Positions 12,201 to 26,174 of a stretch of DNA of 64,000 nt are shown here, piece by piece. The translations under genes were made by a program, and so were the position numbers. The stretch is from the NCBI GenBank assembly GCA_002633005.1, contig NMRA01000004.1, positions 249,501-313,500 of the forward strand. The letters are read 5' to 3'. The notes beneath the pieces were generated by a model. The model was not told where the DNA came from and searched no databases. It saw only the letters and a list, made by a program, of their open reading frames with translations. Every line of letters starts with the position of its first letter. Positions within the stretch are counted from its first letter, which is position 1. This stretch comes from Phoronis australis. Its lineage: Eukaryota; Animalia; Phoronida.

Positions 12201-15200
12201 ATATGCAGCTTTTAAGATGTTGGTCAGGCCAGGTTCAAAAAGTTTTAAAATGCACGTGGTTTGAAGCAATACCAATTTCTTAGTTCTTCGCAAGCAGGGA
12301 CTCATCTAGGATTTGAAAAGTGGGCGTCTAAATTCGTGAGATTGACACTTGCCATATGTGGTGACTCCATATGAGGTCACACTGATGTCACAGGACAGGG
12401 AGGTATTTTGCTAAAAACTTGGCTGCCAGCACTTACTGATCGTCAGTGTGGCATTTATGGTAGTCTGTGATTTAAATAAAAGTAGTGAAAATTAGTTTCT
12501 AGCAAATACCCCCTCTTATTTTTATACAGATGACCAAACACTAGGAAAAGAAGTTCATCTCAGGTATAGATCTCCTCCAGTGTTTCCCACGACCAGTTTC
12601 AACCTGTCGCTTTGACAGGTTTGCTGATGTTCCTATCAGGTTTGGGTAACCTGCACTGCAACATACGGGCTTTGTTTTTGCTGATAACAAAGAATGGCTG
12701 CCAGGTCGAATCCAGTTACGCCTTTCCGAAGGCTTTGGATTTTGAATTGTGGAGAACACTGTCCTCCCTTGCAATATTTAAAAATGTGAAGTACACATCA
12801 TTTATATATGCCAGGAGGTATCTAGTTCACATGAAGTGAGTGTATCAAACTAAAGATTGTTTTTTGAAATTAAAATTTTGAAACATGAATTTCATTGGGT
12901 AGTCACTGAAAAGAGGTCATTAGAATACATCGCAAAAATGGACCCGTGACAAAAAAGAATCAATTTCTAGCTTCTTACTACAGACCTTAGCTTACAAAAA
13001 GATATATTATCACCCTTTTCAGATCATAAGAGTTCAGTCTTGAAAACACAGATAAATCTCTAAGCCATCAACTGCACTTAGCAAACACACTCAAATTTGA
13101 ACCACCCTATTCACCCAAGACAGTCTTATCAAATAAGAAATTCCAGAGCCTATTTCATTAGAGCCTGCTAATCCATCTGCCAAATAAATACCATTAACAA
13201 CAAGACATATTAAAGCAGCCTCATGTGGGTTGTGCCTTATCTCAAAACTCAACTTTGAAAATCGGAATAAATTATATGGACAGTCACTGTCATCGCCTGG
13301 GAGACAGTAAATAGAATTATGTGGTAATATACAAAAATAATTCTTGACGAATATTGCTTGATTTCCAGGGTAACAAACAAGATGTAATATTGGTAACATT
13401 TTGGTCCGTAAAGCTTTAAATATTACCAAATAAACTGAAGATATCGGTATTTACTATTTAGTATGGGTAAACAGATCTTCGTCTGAATGTTTCCACAATG
13501 TCTTCAAGCAGAAAACACTTGTTTTGACATTTTATTTGAACAAAAGATATACGTTGAAGGATTATAGGTAAGTAATAAATTTTCTTGAAATCACTATAAT
13601 TCTATTTCAAAAAAAGAAAAGACATGCAATTTTCAAATTCCTTGAATGACAGGAGTTTGGTTTCAGCATAAGGCAGCCTGAATTATTACCATAAATGAAA
13701 GTGCTGTGTGCAGAGCTCTAAATTGAAATACTACTAATCCTGTCTAAAAGCTTGAACGACTACTTCTGCTCAAAGTGACATTGTAATAGAGTTAAATCTG
13801 TTGTGATTTCAAAAGAAACCCTGACTACGTATTCAAAAGTGCAGTATAAACAACTCTTGAATGTCCACTGAACAAATATAATTACGGGTAACTCGTTTTG
13901 AAAACATCAACTCTCTGTCTGTCGTTCTGCTAGTATTTGACCAAGGCAATAGTCACATTTCAAAAACCGGTTTAACGCCTGTTAAAGCTAGTCCAAAAAT
14001 GTAGGACCGATGTAAATGACTATTACCTTTGACCACTACAGAAGTACCGTCTTTAACTAATATCAAAACATGGTTGTCATTTTCCATATCATACGTTCAG
14101 GGTGACCAATAATGAACCTATAAATTTTACAAAATTCCAACTCTTTATTATTTTAGAAAGAACAAATCCAAACAGGCTCTTAGTGTAAAACTCTGGAGGA
14201 ATGTCATCACGAAGTTTTAGTCTTTGAAATATTAAAAAACTAACTGGACTTTTTTGACCCACCATTTACCAATTCTTTTCTGTTTACTATCGTTAAATGT
14301 ACGGCAGTTACCATTTAACATAATTACATTTACTAAATCACAACACACAATAGATGTGACCACTTCTGGTGAGAATAAGAAAGGGTTAATACACCAGGAA
14401 TAGTGTATTGTTCAAACATTCAGTTCAGCACAGCAAAAAAAGAATTCAGTGCTGCTATTTGAATAGTGTAGCCTTATATAGTTAGTTTATATGTTGCCAT
14501 ACAAGCAAACAACGTCATTGACTATACTAACAAAAATCACGGCATGAAGGTGGATGGAACATCAAACTGCTGAAATAAAGTTATACCATGTAAACAGAAA
14601 ACCAGCTCAAGAAAGTAATTCTTTAAGACAGAGTGACATTAACATAAAGTACAGTGATTAAAAATTCATAATTGTAGTAACATTGCCTTTTAAGTGACAT
14701 TAACAACAAGAAATGTGATCTTCAGAAATCAACCTCAGCACTGATTCAAAACTGTAGCCTTTCCCTACGTAACCAAACCTTCTATTCATTCACAAGCTCA
14801 ACCTCACTCAATAAATTGCCGTATTGAACAAGTGAAGTCATCAGCCTTAACTTCAGTATGTATGACAGACATCAACAACAACTGGCGATTTGAAATGAAT
14901 TCACAATAACAAAACTTGATGTTTTATAGCTCTGGTCAAAGTTAAAAAAAGTTCTTCAAAATCCGGCAATAATCACAAAAATGTATTTTTTGCCGTTAAA
15001 CTGACAGTGTACCAAGAGCTTCATTTCAGACAAATATGCTATGTATGGTAAAAGATTTAAGCCTTCACAAAATAATCTTCCAAATGTTTCGTATATATTG
15101 AGGTTCCATTTAGTATATATTGAGGTTCCATTTATATACCTGAGGTTCCATTACGTGGAGTGCTATAAAATATTTCAAATGCCATTGCTTGCCCAATACA

Positions 15201-18200
15201 TAAAAGCAACCAGTACACATTTAAAATGTACATAAACAAAATTAACACCTTTTTAATTGCCTGCCAAACATCAGAAAGTTTCGTTCAAAGAACGTCTTAA
15301 AATTTTTGTATAATATTTATGACCCAAAGCTTCAACAGGAGGAAACACTTGACAGGGTCTAGACACACCATAAAGGAGTTCAACAACATAGGTCTTTGTC
15401 ATAAAAAATGATAAAACTTGCCATCAAAACGAGGACCTTGAAGATGATGTAGTCAAACATTACTAGATTGCTGGCAAATTACATAGACAAAGTCTCACCA
15501 ATTTAGGGCACAAGGTGGTGGACAGTTGAAATTTTATTTCCTCGTTTTTGTCATAAAAGAAATGTCACGGCATGTTCAAATTTTGTGCCCTAGCTTCCAT
15601 CAAACAATAGTTAGACAAATGTTGGGCATTTACGCCAATTCTGAAAATGAAACGAGTCACGTTTGGCAATTGTTTTTGGCCAAATTTGGTGAGACATAAA
15701 GAGACCTGCTTGCAAGAAGTTAACGGTACAAATAGCAAGGCTATCGATTTTTGGTGAGTGTCGGTCTGCAGTTACTATAGAGAGAAATTGTGCAAAACCA
15801 ATCCGGTAAATAAAACCTGAATTGCTTATGAATGATGCATCGTTAGCGGTGTATCGCAAATAACAGATTGTTTATAAAGGAGTAATAAATCATTGATTAA
15901 GAGTATTTCAAACATCAGTTCAAACTGAGAGCTTGAAATTTTCGTTTGAGAAGGATAAATACACGAAAACAAATAAACAAATTACATATCCTGGAAATCG
16001 GAGATTCCATAATAGATAACCTAACTTAAATCTGAGAACTTCACATTTACAAAGGTATTTTATAAAAACATATACCGTAAATAGCACATTCATGTTTGCA
16101 AACTTGTACCAGAGTGACAAAACCAGATAAACCCGTATTTCCAAAAAGCCGAAAAAAAAACACTGCCCCCCCCCCCTAATAGATAGAAATTAATTAAGTG
16201 CCGTAGTCAACTGTCCTTGAATATTGGGAAATGGGGAGCAGAGCACCTTGTCAGTTGGTTTGTCTTGATGCTGTCTGGCAAGGGGTAATCCCCGAACAAT
16301 GACAAGAATGACACTCATTTTCACTCACAGACATGTAATTGGATATAGACCACTTCTAACTGATGGATAATGAAGCAGTAAACACCATAACTGGTGATCT
16401 TGGGCAAGTTAAACAGTGTATGCATAACACAGTGGTTGGCAATAGGTATATAAGGTAATATTTAAGGTAATATTTAATGTGTTGTCATAGGTAAATAATA
16501 AACAGCATTTAGGTCTTTTCCCATCAACCACAAGAGGTACCTGGACATTACTAGATAAGGGCCTAAACAATGTTGTCACAGGTACTAAATTACTCTCATT
16601 TAGTCTTACTATTGATTACTCCAGCTAAATACAACAAGAAGTTCATTGCAATGTAAAGGCGGCCAAGCATACACTTGATTGGAAGGACAAAATTTTGCAC
16701 CTGTCACTACAGCAACCATGTAGGATATTTCTACCAGAAAAGGTACCAATTCTCACTAAACAACAACCCATGAGTTCTGTCAAGAAAAATTTAATTTAAA
16801 ACGACTACAGTAAAATCTCACCAATGGCGGACAAGTGAAATTTGATTTCCTCACTTTTTCATAAAAGAAATGTAGCTCGTCAAGTTAATACTTTAGTTCT
16901 ATCATCAGAGCAACTAACAGTTTGTCACTGCTTCAGACAAGACACATGAAGTTTGCTTTTATGTAAGGAGTGGTTAGATCAAATGCCATTATCGTTACTA
17001 GAGAAAATCGGGGTGTTTTCATTTCAATTCAAGCAAAATGATAACATTAAGAATACAAGGATGCTGTTTTGAACAGGAAATGTGCTGGTGAAAAAAAAAA
17101 TTTGACACATGACATGGTTTATAGCCATTTAAGAAATTTTATAACAAAACATCTAGTTAAAGTTGACTTCTTCACTCAAAGACAAACAGCTAGTCAACAA
17201 CAACCTGCCTCTATGATATGTGACACACTTTCACACAGCACATTATGGGGAAGATTGAGTTTTCACTTAACTATTATTAGATAGTAATCATACAAAGAAC
17301 TAATTATCTGCTGAACTGAATCGGAAAATTTAGGTCAATAAAGAACCACACCTAGGACTACACCCTTAAGTTAAAGCAAAAAACAAAAACAAATCAACTT
17401 TATAAGACAAATTCAAGTGACAAAAAAGAAATAAAATATTAATAACCATACAATCATGCATGCAACCCAACATTTAAAAAATATTGCAGATTGTTAAAAA
17501 CATGAACAAACTATTGATTTGTTTGTCACATTCAGGTCGCAAAGAAATCTCCTAGAGATTTCAATCACACAAACTGAAAGTGTTTACTGTGTATACAAAA
17601 AGATTTTGAAATCACTCATGCAGTAAGCTGTGTTGAGGATGGGACTAACAGTCAGGTATTTCACGGTATTTTATCTAAACACTAGCTGAATGCGAATCCT
17701 GATGAAGACCTTGAAATACAATGTCTACATGAAAATTAAATTATAAAAACATTTTAAGTAATTCAAATTAATCACCACCTGTTTAACGGGTATGTAGGAG
17801 AAGTTACTTAATTAGACTACGGTTAAACGTTACCAAGTTCACCAAATTAGCAAGATTTCACAGAAGTACCTGGAGATTAGAAGGTTCCAATCTATTCTGG
17901 CCTATAATTGGCAACAAAAATGACATTGAGAAACTTAGCAATAGAGTCAGGTCCAAACTAATTATTTTACTTCATTGATGTTCACCTTGTGGTGATAACT
18001 CCTTTATAAACTAAGTCTCTGTGTACCGTATAATGCACTGGGGTTACCCGTTTCAAACCAGTTGTATAACAGACCATTCACTTTATCTTCGTATTGTACT
18101 GTTCATAACATACTTAGAATAATTCATTAGATACTGAGTAATGGCAATACAGTCTTTACATGCGAAAGTAACAATATATTCCTTCACAGCGCCCTCATGT

Positions 18201-19482
18201 GGCAAACCAATATGTTAGGTATGATGCAAAGTAACAACATCTCTAAGGCGAGTCAACTCACATGACTTTCCAAATAAAGAAGACAATATAGTCAAGAATT
18301 TGGCTGTGTTATTGGCTTGCATGAAGGTGGCTGGAACAAGGCTAGAGCTGAATGGGTGCCCACAACCGTCCTTCACATGTGACGGTGGGATGGTGGGGGC
18401 ACTAGACGTTTCAACGCAAATTTGGTGCAAACTCACTGAAGCAGGACATTTTAAGTGTGGTCAATAGAGAGAGAGGGAGGGAGGGANTCTGGTCTGGTCT
18501 GTTGCACCCCTATTCCTTGGAAATTTTGATGTTTAATACGGGTGGCTAAAATAAGGCCAAAGGTATGCCACCCTTGGGTAATTTATGAAGTGCATTGGTG
18601 ACTGAAGATTTGAATGACATCCATTAATTTGAAACATAAATGTTGAGGGTTTAAAATTTAAATGATCCTTCTTTAACGATTTTGAGGAAGTTGAGTATGT
18701 AAACATGAAATTCTCGTCACCTATGTTCTGGTACTATTGGAAAACCAGCTAACAGGTGGTGTGTTCAAAACAAGGGTTATCTGTAATTGTCACCGTCAAA
18801 TATAAGCCTTGGATACTGAGAGCCAAACCTTACGTTTACGGTAATCGCAGAACTGTAGCTCTAAGAGTGGAATGGTTCCTAAAATTAAGTGCTGCAGCAA
18901 AATTCAAGGATATTACCATGATATCAATTAAATACATGACCCCCAAGTAGTTATCTTTTGCGCAACACAAGTCATACGAACAAGATTGATACAAATTAAT
19001 GAACTCACTTTGTTAATTCCTATTTCGTTTGCATCGACTCTCTTCTGTACTTGCAGTAACTGCCACATATCTTGAAGTGGTGCAGATGATGTCCCAGACA
19101 TATCCTGTAAATCATCTTTCTTCTTAGCCCGGCCAAACAAGTCAGCATTGCTGGGCAAGTCATTCAAGTTCTCCAACTGGAGTTCCAGTTTCTGCATTCG
19201 ATCGAGCAACTTGTGGTAGGGGGCAATTTTTCCACCAGCAGTTGAACCATCTGAGCTCTTTTTCTCGGGAATTTCACCTTTTTCCGGCACAGCTGGTCCG
19301 GCACGATTAGTGGAAAGAAAATCTCTATCCGCTTCATCTAGAGTTCCTGTATGATCTTTGATTTCAAGCTTGCTCAACATGGCGTGGAGCAACGTGTGTA
19401 AAACATTGAAATTTACAGCTCCTACTTCTGGAGTTCCCAAAGCCAGATCGACCATCTGGCTCAGTGAAACGGCGGCTGGCAT
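111..19482 (-). CDS. C16orf96: C16orf96/QRICH2-type coiled-coil protein, 5' portion (gene continues beyond the left edge of the window)
   Basis: N-terminus MPAAVSLSQMVDLALGTPEVGAVNFNVLHTLLHAML matches the motif I recall for C16orf96 homologues. Phase-0 GT-AG exons: 19482-19009, 8521-8438, 694-644, 269-111; candidate cassettes 6723-6679, 5613-5572, 4543-4508. Confidence 0.8.
644..694 (-). CDS. C16orf96: C16orf96-like exon (LDLGALNERMKQLDDQL)
   Basis: gtgtttcag acceptor, gtatga donor, 51 nt, phase 0; continues the coiled coil of exon 2. Confidence 0.75.
1012..1615. mobile_element. Tc1/mariner (pogo-like) non-autonomous element, interrupted by an N
   Basis: TA|CCGTA at the left end, nCGG|TA at the right end; subterminal GTTAA(C/G)CGCCC repeats at 1026-1200. 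Confidence 0.55.
2985..3150. repeat. Degenerate 16-17-bp tandem array (agtcaggacatccctt)
   Basis: About 9-10 imperfect units; resembles transposon subterminal arrays. Confidence 0.75.
3286..3358. repeat. 35-bp direct duplication
   Basis: gtattagcagctacttttttctagtttatggtatt occurs twice in tandem. Confidence 0.85.
4508..4543 (-). CDS. Candidate 36-nt cassette exon (RKPVQEVKEKDS)
   Basis: ttgcag acceptor, gtgagt donor, purine-rich, in frame. Confidence 0.45.
5572..5613 (-). CDS. Candidate 42-nt cassette exon (SEPLVRKSSKMKKP)
   Basis: ttcttacag acceptor, gtaagt donor, in frame, no stop. Confidence 0.5.
6679..6723 (-). CDS. Candidate 45-nt cassette exon (IERQFDKTDLAGPQS)
   Basis: cttcttacag acceptor, gtgagt donor, in frame, no stop. 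Confidence 0.5.
7481..7745. repeat. 37-bp minisatellite, about 7 copies
   Basis: Unit cgagtgtcttgctcacca(g/a)aacagtcccatttacact; no spacers. Confidence 0.95.
8438..8521 (-). CDS. C16orf96: C16orf96-like exon 2 (LMSLVGDLMKEMQLLKDKNEELENKLST)
   Basis: ttattccag acceptor, gtatgt donor, 84 nt, phase 0, heptad coiled-coil sequence. Confidence 0.82.
9014..9138. repeat. About 125-bp imperfect palindrome (MITE-like)
   Basis: atataacgtgc...tttgagaaccagt / actggttctcaaa...gcacgttatat arms. Confidence 0.65.
9810..12185 (-). mobile_element. 5'-truncated, degenerate L1/Tx1-clade LINE (ORF2 RT and C-terminal zinc-finger region) in intron 1 of the C16orf96-like gene
   Basis: Frameshifted RT motifs: PISLLN..YKIL, DQSGFIKG, DFEKAFDSVSW, QEDPHSSYLF and LQYADDT; distal EPENLYHVFWECEVIRNFW; AATAAA near 9815. 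Confidence 0.88.
15092..15153. repeat. About 21-bp tandem repeat, 3 copies
   Basis: tgaggttccatt occurs three times. Confidence 0.75.
19009..19482 (-). CDS. C16orf96: C16orf96-like coding exon 1 (158 aa)
   Basis: ATG at 19482 in AAGATGC context; open frame to ...DANEIGINK followed by donor gtgagt. Confidence 0.88.
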
Positions 19483-21269
19483 CTTGGTGACTGTGTGTGT
19501 CAATTTTCAACTAAAACAAATAGTACAAACATTCAAAAAGAACTTATCTGTACGCGGTCTCCCTCGCAGCTACTCGACCCACCATGGTTTGTTCGGCGAT
19601 TGTTGTGGTAAGACGAACTACATAAATATTATTCCGCGTGTCACAATTTTGTTACTGGATTAGATTGTCATGATGTAATATATTTAAATTACTCTTTATT
19701 ACATTTAGATTTAAATATTGTGTTTTATTCAAACTTTATACGAACCATTTATGAAGTAATATGCAAATTATTGGAACAAACCCTTGTGCACTAAATTGTC
19801 GCGTAGCGCTTCGGTTTTCCTTCTGCTTTTATCGTCGTTAGTAGCAACAAAGCCGTGATATCACTTCCTGTCTAAAATAGTCTTCACTTCAGAAGAGCAC
19901 AAGACTACAACTCGTTTACTATAATTGCTGTACGTTGAACCCGTGTTTTCTTATGGGCACAATGTCTTTTACTGCATAACAACCGACAAGCATGCATCAC
20001 TCGCAAAGTGTTTTCTTATGGGCATAAATAATTAGCTTTATGTTCATAACTTGTAAGGTATTTAATATTAAAATATGTTAAAACGCGGTAATAAATGCGT
20101 CAGGTTTATATTACACAGTAAACATAAACGAGACGACTACACAGTAGCCAGAGTTCTATGACAGCAGCCTACTATAAGTCTTTACAGCGGGGTAGTGGGG
20201 GCGGATCGGCCGGAGGAGGACCGAGGGTATTAGGACTGACATGTACTAGTTTACCCTCTCGACGGACCTCACCGTGAACGGGTGAACATTTTAGTTGTAA
20301 TCTGACAGACATTCGCACCTCTGAACTGCCTAATGGAATCTGTGAGAATTTTAGGAGGGCATGACTCCCTTGGCCTCTCTCTAAATCCGCCACTGAATCT
20401 TGAAACCATTTGGGACTGTATAGCGACGGGGGAACGATGGGGACTCTGGCTGGTGTCCTATCCACTGGCAGGCGGCAGATTAAAAACTTTTTCTTAAGCT
20501 GCAGGAATGTAAGTCTACATATCAATAATCTATAGGAGGGGGGTTCAGGGGTTCAANNNAAAAATCGCAAGAAAAACGGGAGGAGGAGAACCCTTCGGCT
20601 CCCGACCTTCCTTCCCCTCGGCGGGAGGCGACTCGGATTCGCTCGAATCCTAACCCCTAACCCCCCCCTGATGCTCTGTTGACAAGCAAAACACCACACT
20701 ATAAATGGCAGAGCATGCTATAAACAAGATCCCCCCCCCTACTAACGTAGATCTGCCAATGATTATGACAACTAACTTTACACCACAGAACTTCAAAAGA
20801 CTGTACCTGTGCGCTCACTGTCCTCAGATCACGCGCAACGGTGTACCACCATACTCTTGCACTCAGTGTATTTGATAGTTTGTCCTTTCCTCGTCATACT
20901 GTTTCGCTCTGTATGCGTTAACATACTTATTCAATCTTAACTATTAAAATTACGCTTGTTTTTGCTTTGCTGTCCGAAAATTTAAAATAAAACCAGACTC
21001 GACTTATCACCACGGAAATCGGTCTTAACACTTTCTATCATTTTTCCGTTATTGCCACAGCAATATAGTAAAATACAAAAATGAGCCGCCTCGGGATAAG
21101 ATACGCAAATGTAATGACCTTTTGTCACATTAGGTAGTTGAATGGCAGCAGCGCTGCATTAGGGCGCAGCCAACCACCTTTCATAGCATTTGAACGTAGC
21201 CCCTGCGCACCGTAAGTTACGTTATAGTGGGGTGTAGGCGCAGCTGATCATCTTTTTCATTATGCATTA

Positions 21270-21345
21270 CGTCTCTTCCTTGCAGTGCAACTGAATGTGA
21301 ACGAGGATTCAGCGAAATGAATCAGATAGTCAACAAACGATCGAA
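21270..21345 (+). mobile_element. hAT transposase C-terminal dimerisation-motif relic (duplicated at about 22614-22690)
   Basis: LPCSATECERGFSEMNQIV matches the hATC S..CER.FS.M motif. Confidence 0.6.
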
Positions 21346-21768
21346 GGGCTCCCCGAGTATACACCCCATGGGCGACTTTAAACGCCGCCAGCATGTCGTT
21401 TCTGGGCGTTACCGCGCCTATTTTCCTTTATAATTGTGTTTGGGCCCCCTTCAGAGACCGCTTGAAATGCACGCGGACCTTTGCCATTCTATAAAAAAAT
21501 TGGTGGTTGCTACATCCTAAATTCGATACTGCATGTATATTTGAAGTAAATACACACTCGTGAGTCAAAAATAGGCCTTACATGGTTGTGATGTTTTGAG
21601 AATTCAATGCACTTTTAAAATTCGGTGCTCAAGGTGATACGGTGGGCTTTCGGCGTATACTTACCTCTAATTTTACTACAACAACGTTTTGCAGTCTTGA
21701 AACACAGTGATTTTTGATATAATGGAAAAACGACACACCTGGAACATGCGAATATAAACGTGCAACAT

Positions 21769-22184
21769 CAGTGCCAGGTTACATGAAACAGTCCTAATTA
21801 AGGGACACAACTGAATTCCCAAAAACTACAGTGCGTGTTTGTGGGCTTATGAAATCATTGATTGTCCATTCTTATGCTGGTTGAGTATATATAGTCAACT
21901 CTTGGCTTTGACACAAATCAAAGGTGAACTCTACGTTGAATTCTCAATAATATTGAAAATAAGTATTGATCTTTTTATGCAACGCCCTTAATTTAAGGAC
22001 TAAGTCCTCGATTATTCTGATTGAATTAAGGGCTCAGTTTTTAGTATTATTATTATTAGGAAATGTCATTAGTCAAAGAGGAGCTCGTAATAAAGATAAA
22101 AATACATAAGTGTGATTAAAGAATGAAACGCTTTAGGGAAGTTGGTCAATTCCCTGTTTGACTGTTTCATGCAACAGGCCACTG
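21769..22184. mobile_element. Harbinger-like MITE family member (also at 23113-23529)
   Basis: TIRs cagtgccaggttacatgaaacagtc / gactgtttcatgcaacaggccactg; related to 44947-45252. Confidence 0.6.
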
Positions 22185-25100
22185 GGGTCTGTACAAAAAC
22201 GCAAGGATGAAATGTTCGCCTTAACACTGGAAAACGCCCACCTTTTTTCTTGTTTGGCCGAGAGTGCAGAAACACCCTAGTAACTTTAAACTTCCCAAAA
22301 GCGTTTTTTGAGCGCCGCGTCGACTGAACAGAAACCAGGCCTCCGTCGTGTCGGTGGAAAATCACAGTATATCATATATAATATGAATTAAATTCCTCGT
22401 GTGCCAAAAAGCCGGACGTGGCGGAACACGGGACACACTGGCTCTNACGCAAATGTAATGACTTTTTGTCACATTAGGTAGTTGAATGGCAGCAGCGCTG
22501 CATTAGGGCGCAGCCAACCACCTTTCATAGCATTTGAACGTAGCCCCTACGCACCGTAAGTTACGTTATAGTGGGGCGTAGGCGCAGCCGATCATCTTTT
22601 TCATTGTGCATTACGTCTCTTCCTTACAGTGCAACTGAATGTGAACGAGGATTCAGCGAAATGAATCAGATGGTCAACAAACGATCGAAGGGGCCCCCGA
22701 GTACACACCCCATGGGCGACTTTAAACGCCGCCAGCATGTCGTTTCTGGGCGTTACCGCGCCTATTTTCCGTTATAATTGTGTTTGGGCCCCCTTCAGAG
22801 ACCGCTTGAAATGCACGCGGACCTTTGCCACTCTATAAAAAAAATTGTTGTTGCGACATCCAAAATTCGACACTGCATATATATTTGAAGTAAATACACA
22901 CTCGTGAGTAAAAAATAGGCCTTACATGGTTGTGATGTTTTGAGAATTCAATGCACTTTTAAAATTGGGTGCTCAAGGTGATACGGTGGGCTTTCGGCGT
23001 ATACTTACCTCTAATTTTACTACTACAACGTATAGCAGTCTTGAAACACAGTGATTTTTGATATAATGGAAAAACGGCACACCTGGAACATGCGAATATA
23101 AACGTGCAACATCAGTGCCAGGTTACATGAAACAGTCCTAATTAAGGGACACAACTGAATTCCCAAAAACTACAGTGCGTGTTTGTGGGCTTATGAAATC
23201 ACTGATTGTCCATTCTTATGCTGGTTGAGTATATATAGTCAACTCTTGGCTTTGACACAAATCAAAAGTGAACTCTACGTTGAATTCTCAATAATATTGA
23301 AAATAAGTATTGATCTTTTTATGCAACGCCCTTAATTTAAGGACTAAGTCCTCGATTATTCTGATTGAATTAAGGGCTCAGTTTTTAGTATTATTATTAT
23401 TAGGAAATGTCATTAGTCAAAGAGGAGCTCGTAATAAAGATAAAAAATACATAAGTGTGATTAAAGAATGAAACGCTTTAGGGAAGTTGGTCGATTCCCT
23501 GTTTGACTGTTTCATGCAACAGGCCACTGGGGTCTGTACAAAAACGCAAGGATGAAATGTTCGCCTTAACACTGGAAAACGCCCACCTTTTTTCTTGTTT
23601 GGTCGAGAGTGCAGAAACACCCTAGTAACTTGAAACTTCCCAAAAGCGTTTTTTGAGCGCCGCGTCGACTGAACAGAAACCAGGCCTCCGTCGTGTCGGT
23701 GGAAAATCACAGTATATCATATATAATATGAATTAAATTCCTCGTGTGCCAAAAAGCCGGACGTGGCGGAACACGGGACACACTGGCTCTTGAACAGTGC
23801 CGCCAACTGGTTGGGACACGGGCAGTTGAGCCACCTTCAACTCGGTACGTCACTTTGAAAACGAATGTCAAGATTGCCAAAACTCGACTGCACGGTCTGC
23901 AGACGCCCGACGTCATAAATCTTGGTACCAAATATGAACAGCATCTAGAGTTGATGGAGTCAAGGTCACCAAGATCGTCTGGCGCGTGGAGTTGCCCACC
24001 TAGTCGGTGTAAAGCATGGCAACATGTAAATCTCCTTCCATGAATATCACGTTTCTGTGAAATTCCCCTAAGTCAAAACACGATTTTCTCGGTGACACAT
24101 TTCATTATGTTAAGATCACACCAAATCGAGTAGCGCCTGGAATTGTACTACCGGTATCTACACTTCGGATACGAAATAACGCGAGTAATTTCAAGCTCAG
24201 TCCCTTCTCGAGATATTGCGCCAACATTTTCCCCAAGTCAAAACTTGTTTTTCTCCGCGTGACCTGGAAAACAAAGCTCCTGCTGGAGTTGGCCCCACCT
24301 ACTACACACACTTCAGTACAAAACAGCAATACCATCTTTCTTCTTGAGGGAACACACAGCAGCATTAAGTGTGATGTATGAACACGACCAAGTGCCTGTC
24401 CTTGAGAGTTTTGAACCAGTAAACGCACGGCACGGCCGGGGGCATTTGAAGAGGCAAAGAACGCGAAAAGTAAATTCCATTATTCAAATGGTTTTCTGTC
24501 ACTCACTTAAAACACAATGAAAATGTTCATCATGTATTTTTTGGGTTTGTTCGTAAAGTTTTTAAATTCCTGTCACATGATGTAAAAGCATTTTCCCTTT
24601 AGTTTCAAACTTAAAAATACGACCTGTGAACTCAGTGCTGGTCACCTGGTCAATTTTTACTGGGTTAATTTTCAGAGGGCATTCGCACTTTGTCAATGTC
24701 CACAATTAGTCAAAATATTGTTTGGCGGGAGATACAGCACATAATTTGGAAATATTACTTATTTCCCATGAAATCAAGTTACAAGGTGAAATGTCACTTG
24801 TCCAGGTCAGTGAGTTCCCTCCTAAATTTGAAAGATTTTATCAGACTGCATTTTTAATAATGTCAGGCACTGTCACAACAGCAGTGTGTCCTTTGAAAAT
24901 TTATGTAAATCTATTCAGGTTTGGGTCACATCAGGACTATACTTGAAAAGTCTGCTGCAAGCCATAAACCTCTGACTACATGCAGTCAATGCTCTGTTCA
25001 TTCTCAGTGAAGATCAAACACAGCCAAGTATCAGGACTCCACCTGAATTGAAAATCACATTATTTATTAATGCAAAAAATAATTTCTTTCTTCAAACATA

Positions 25101-26174
25101 ACTAAGAGTCCCTAAAACAAAATAAGATTGCTAAACATTTATCTCCAACAGAAAATTCAATGGAAACTGAGTATAAAAAGTGCCTGGAGGCCAATTGCGA
25201 CTGGCTGGACTAATAAGAGATCTCTTGACAGTAAATGTAAATAACACCATTGAATAAGATGCCTGTGAAACAAAGAACCTTAGCACATCACAACAATTAT
25301 CATTGGTATTACCATAGGCATCCCAGCACTGAAAAAGTGGGGACTATAGCCCCCAGCCCCCTTGTGTTGCACCGTAGACCATGGGCAGCGCAGCACTGAA
25401 ATAAGTGGGGGGCCCCTTATGGTGCACGCCCATGTTTTACTATTACCAGATGTATTCAATTTTAAAAACCTGACACAAAGTTTCAGTGTTTCAGAGACCA
25501 CCATTTTGATAATGCCAAAAAAACAACATAAGTTGGTTCTGGTCTTACATGACTCATTTTGAGAACAGCGCTCACTGACTAAATGAAAAAAGAACGTTGG
25601 CCAAGGTCTCGGAATTCTTTTTAAAAAATTGTACAAAGGCGCATAAGCAAGAATAGGCAAGGTTCAAAATGTCATGAGTTGCCTTAGAGATACCTAAAAA
25701 ACAACTCCCACATCATTTTTGCTTTTATTTTGGGTGGATTTTCTTTTTTGAAAAAGTGAGCAACTGAAAACTGGCACACCATCCTCTTGATTTTCAAAAA
25801 AAAGAACAGAACAAACTATGGTTTTTGGTCATACTTCAAATTGTATGTGATGAACTTGACAAATATAGCAGGAAACCTTTCTGAAGAAGGCCACACATGT
25901 GAACACTAATTTTTGAAACATCCATATATAAATTCACTCAAAACTCCTCGACTTTCATCCCTTTCCAAATGGATCACACATCTGACACAAGGTTCCATTT
26001 GAAAATTGTTAAGCAGACCAGAAAAACGGTTTTCTTTCAGCACTTCCTGACCTATTCAGATACCTTCATAGATACAAATTCAGAGAGCAGATGTGAATGA
26101 TATTGAATTCTTGAAGCAAACAACCATGACTAAAGTCGCTCAAATTATCAGTATCAGTAACTCAGAATGGCTTG

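Larger units (their letters stand above)
21103..23790. repeat. 1.34-kb near-identical tandem duplication (21103-22445 / 22447-23790) separated by a single N
   Basis: Direct reading shows only scattered substitutions and 1-bp indels; the junction is exactly at N22446. Confidence 0.93.

Noticed and set aside
12541-12839. Short ORFs on both strands beside the LINE
   Set aside because: No homology recognised and no frame-compatible splice sites.
13091-13429. 112-aa minus-strand ORF as a nested gene
   Set aside because: Non-ATG start, no recognisable motif and no convincing splice partners.
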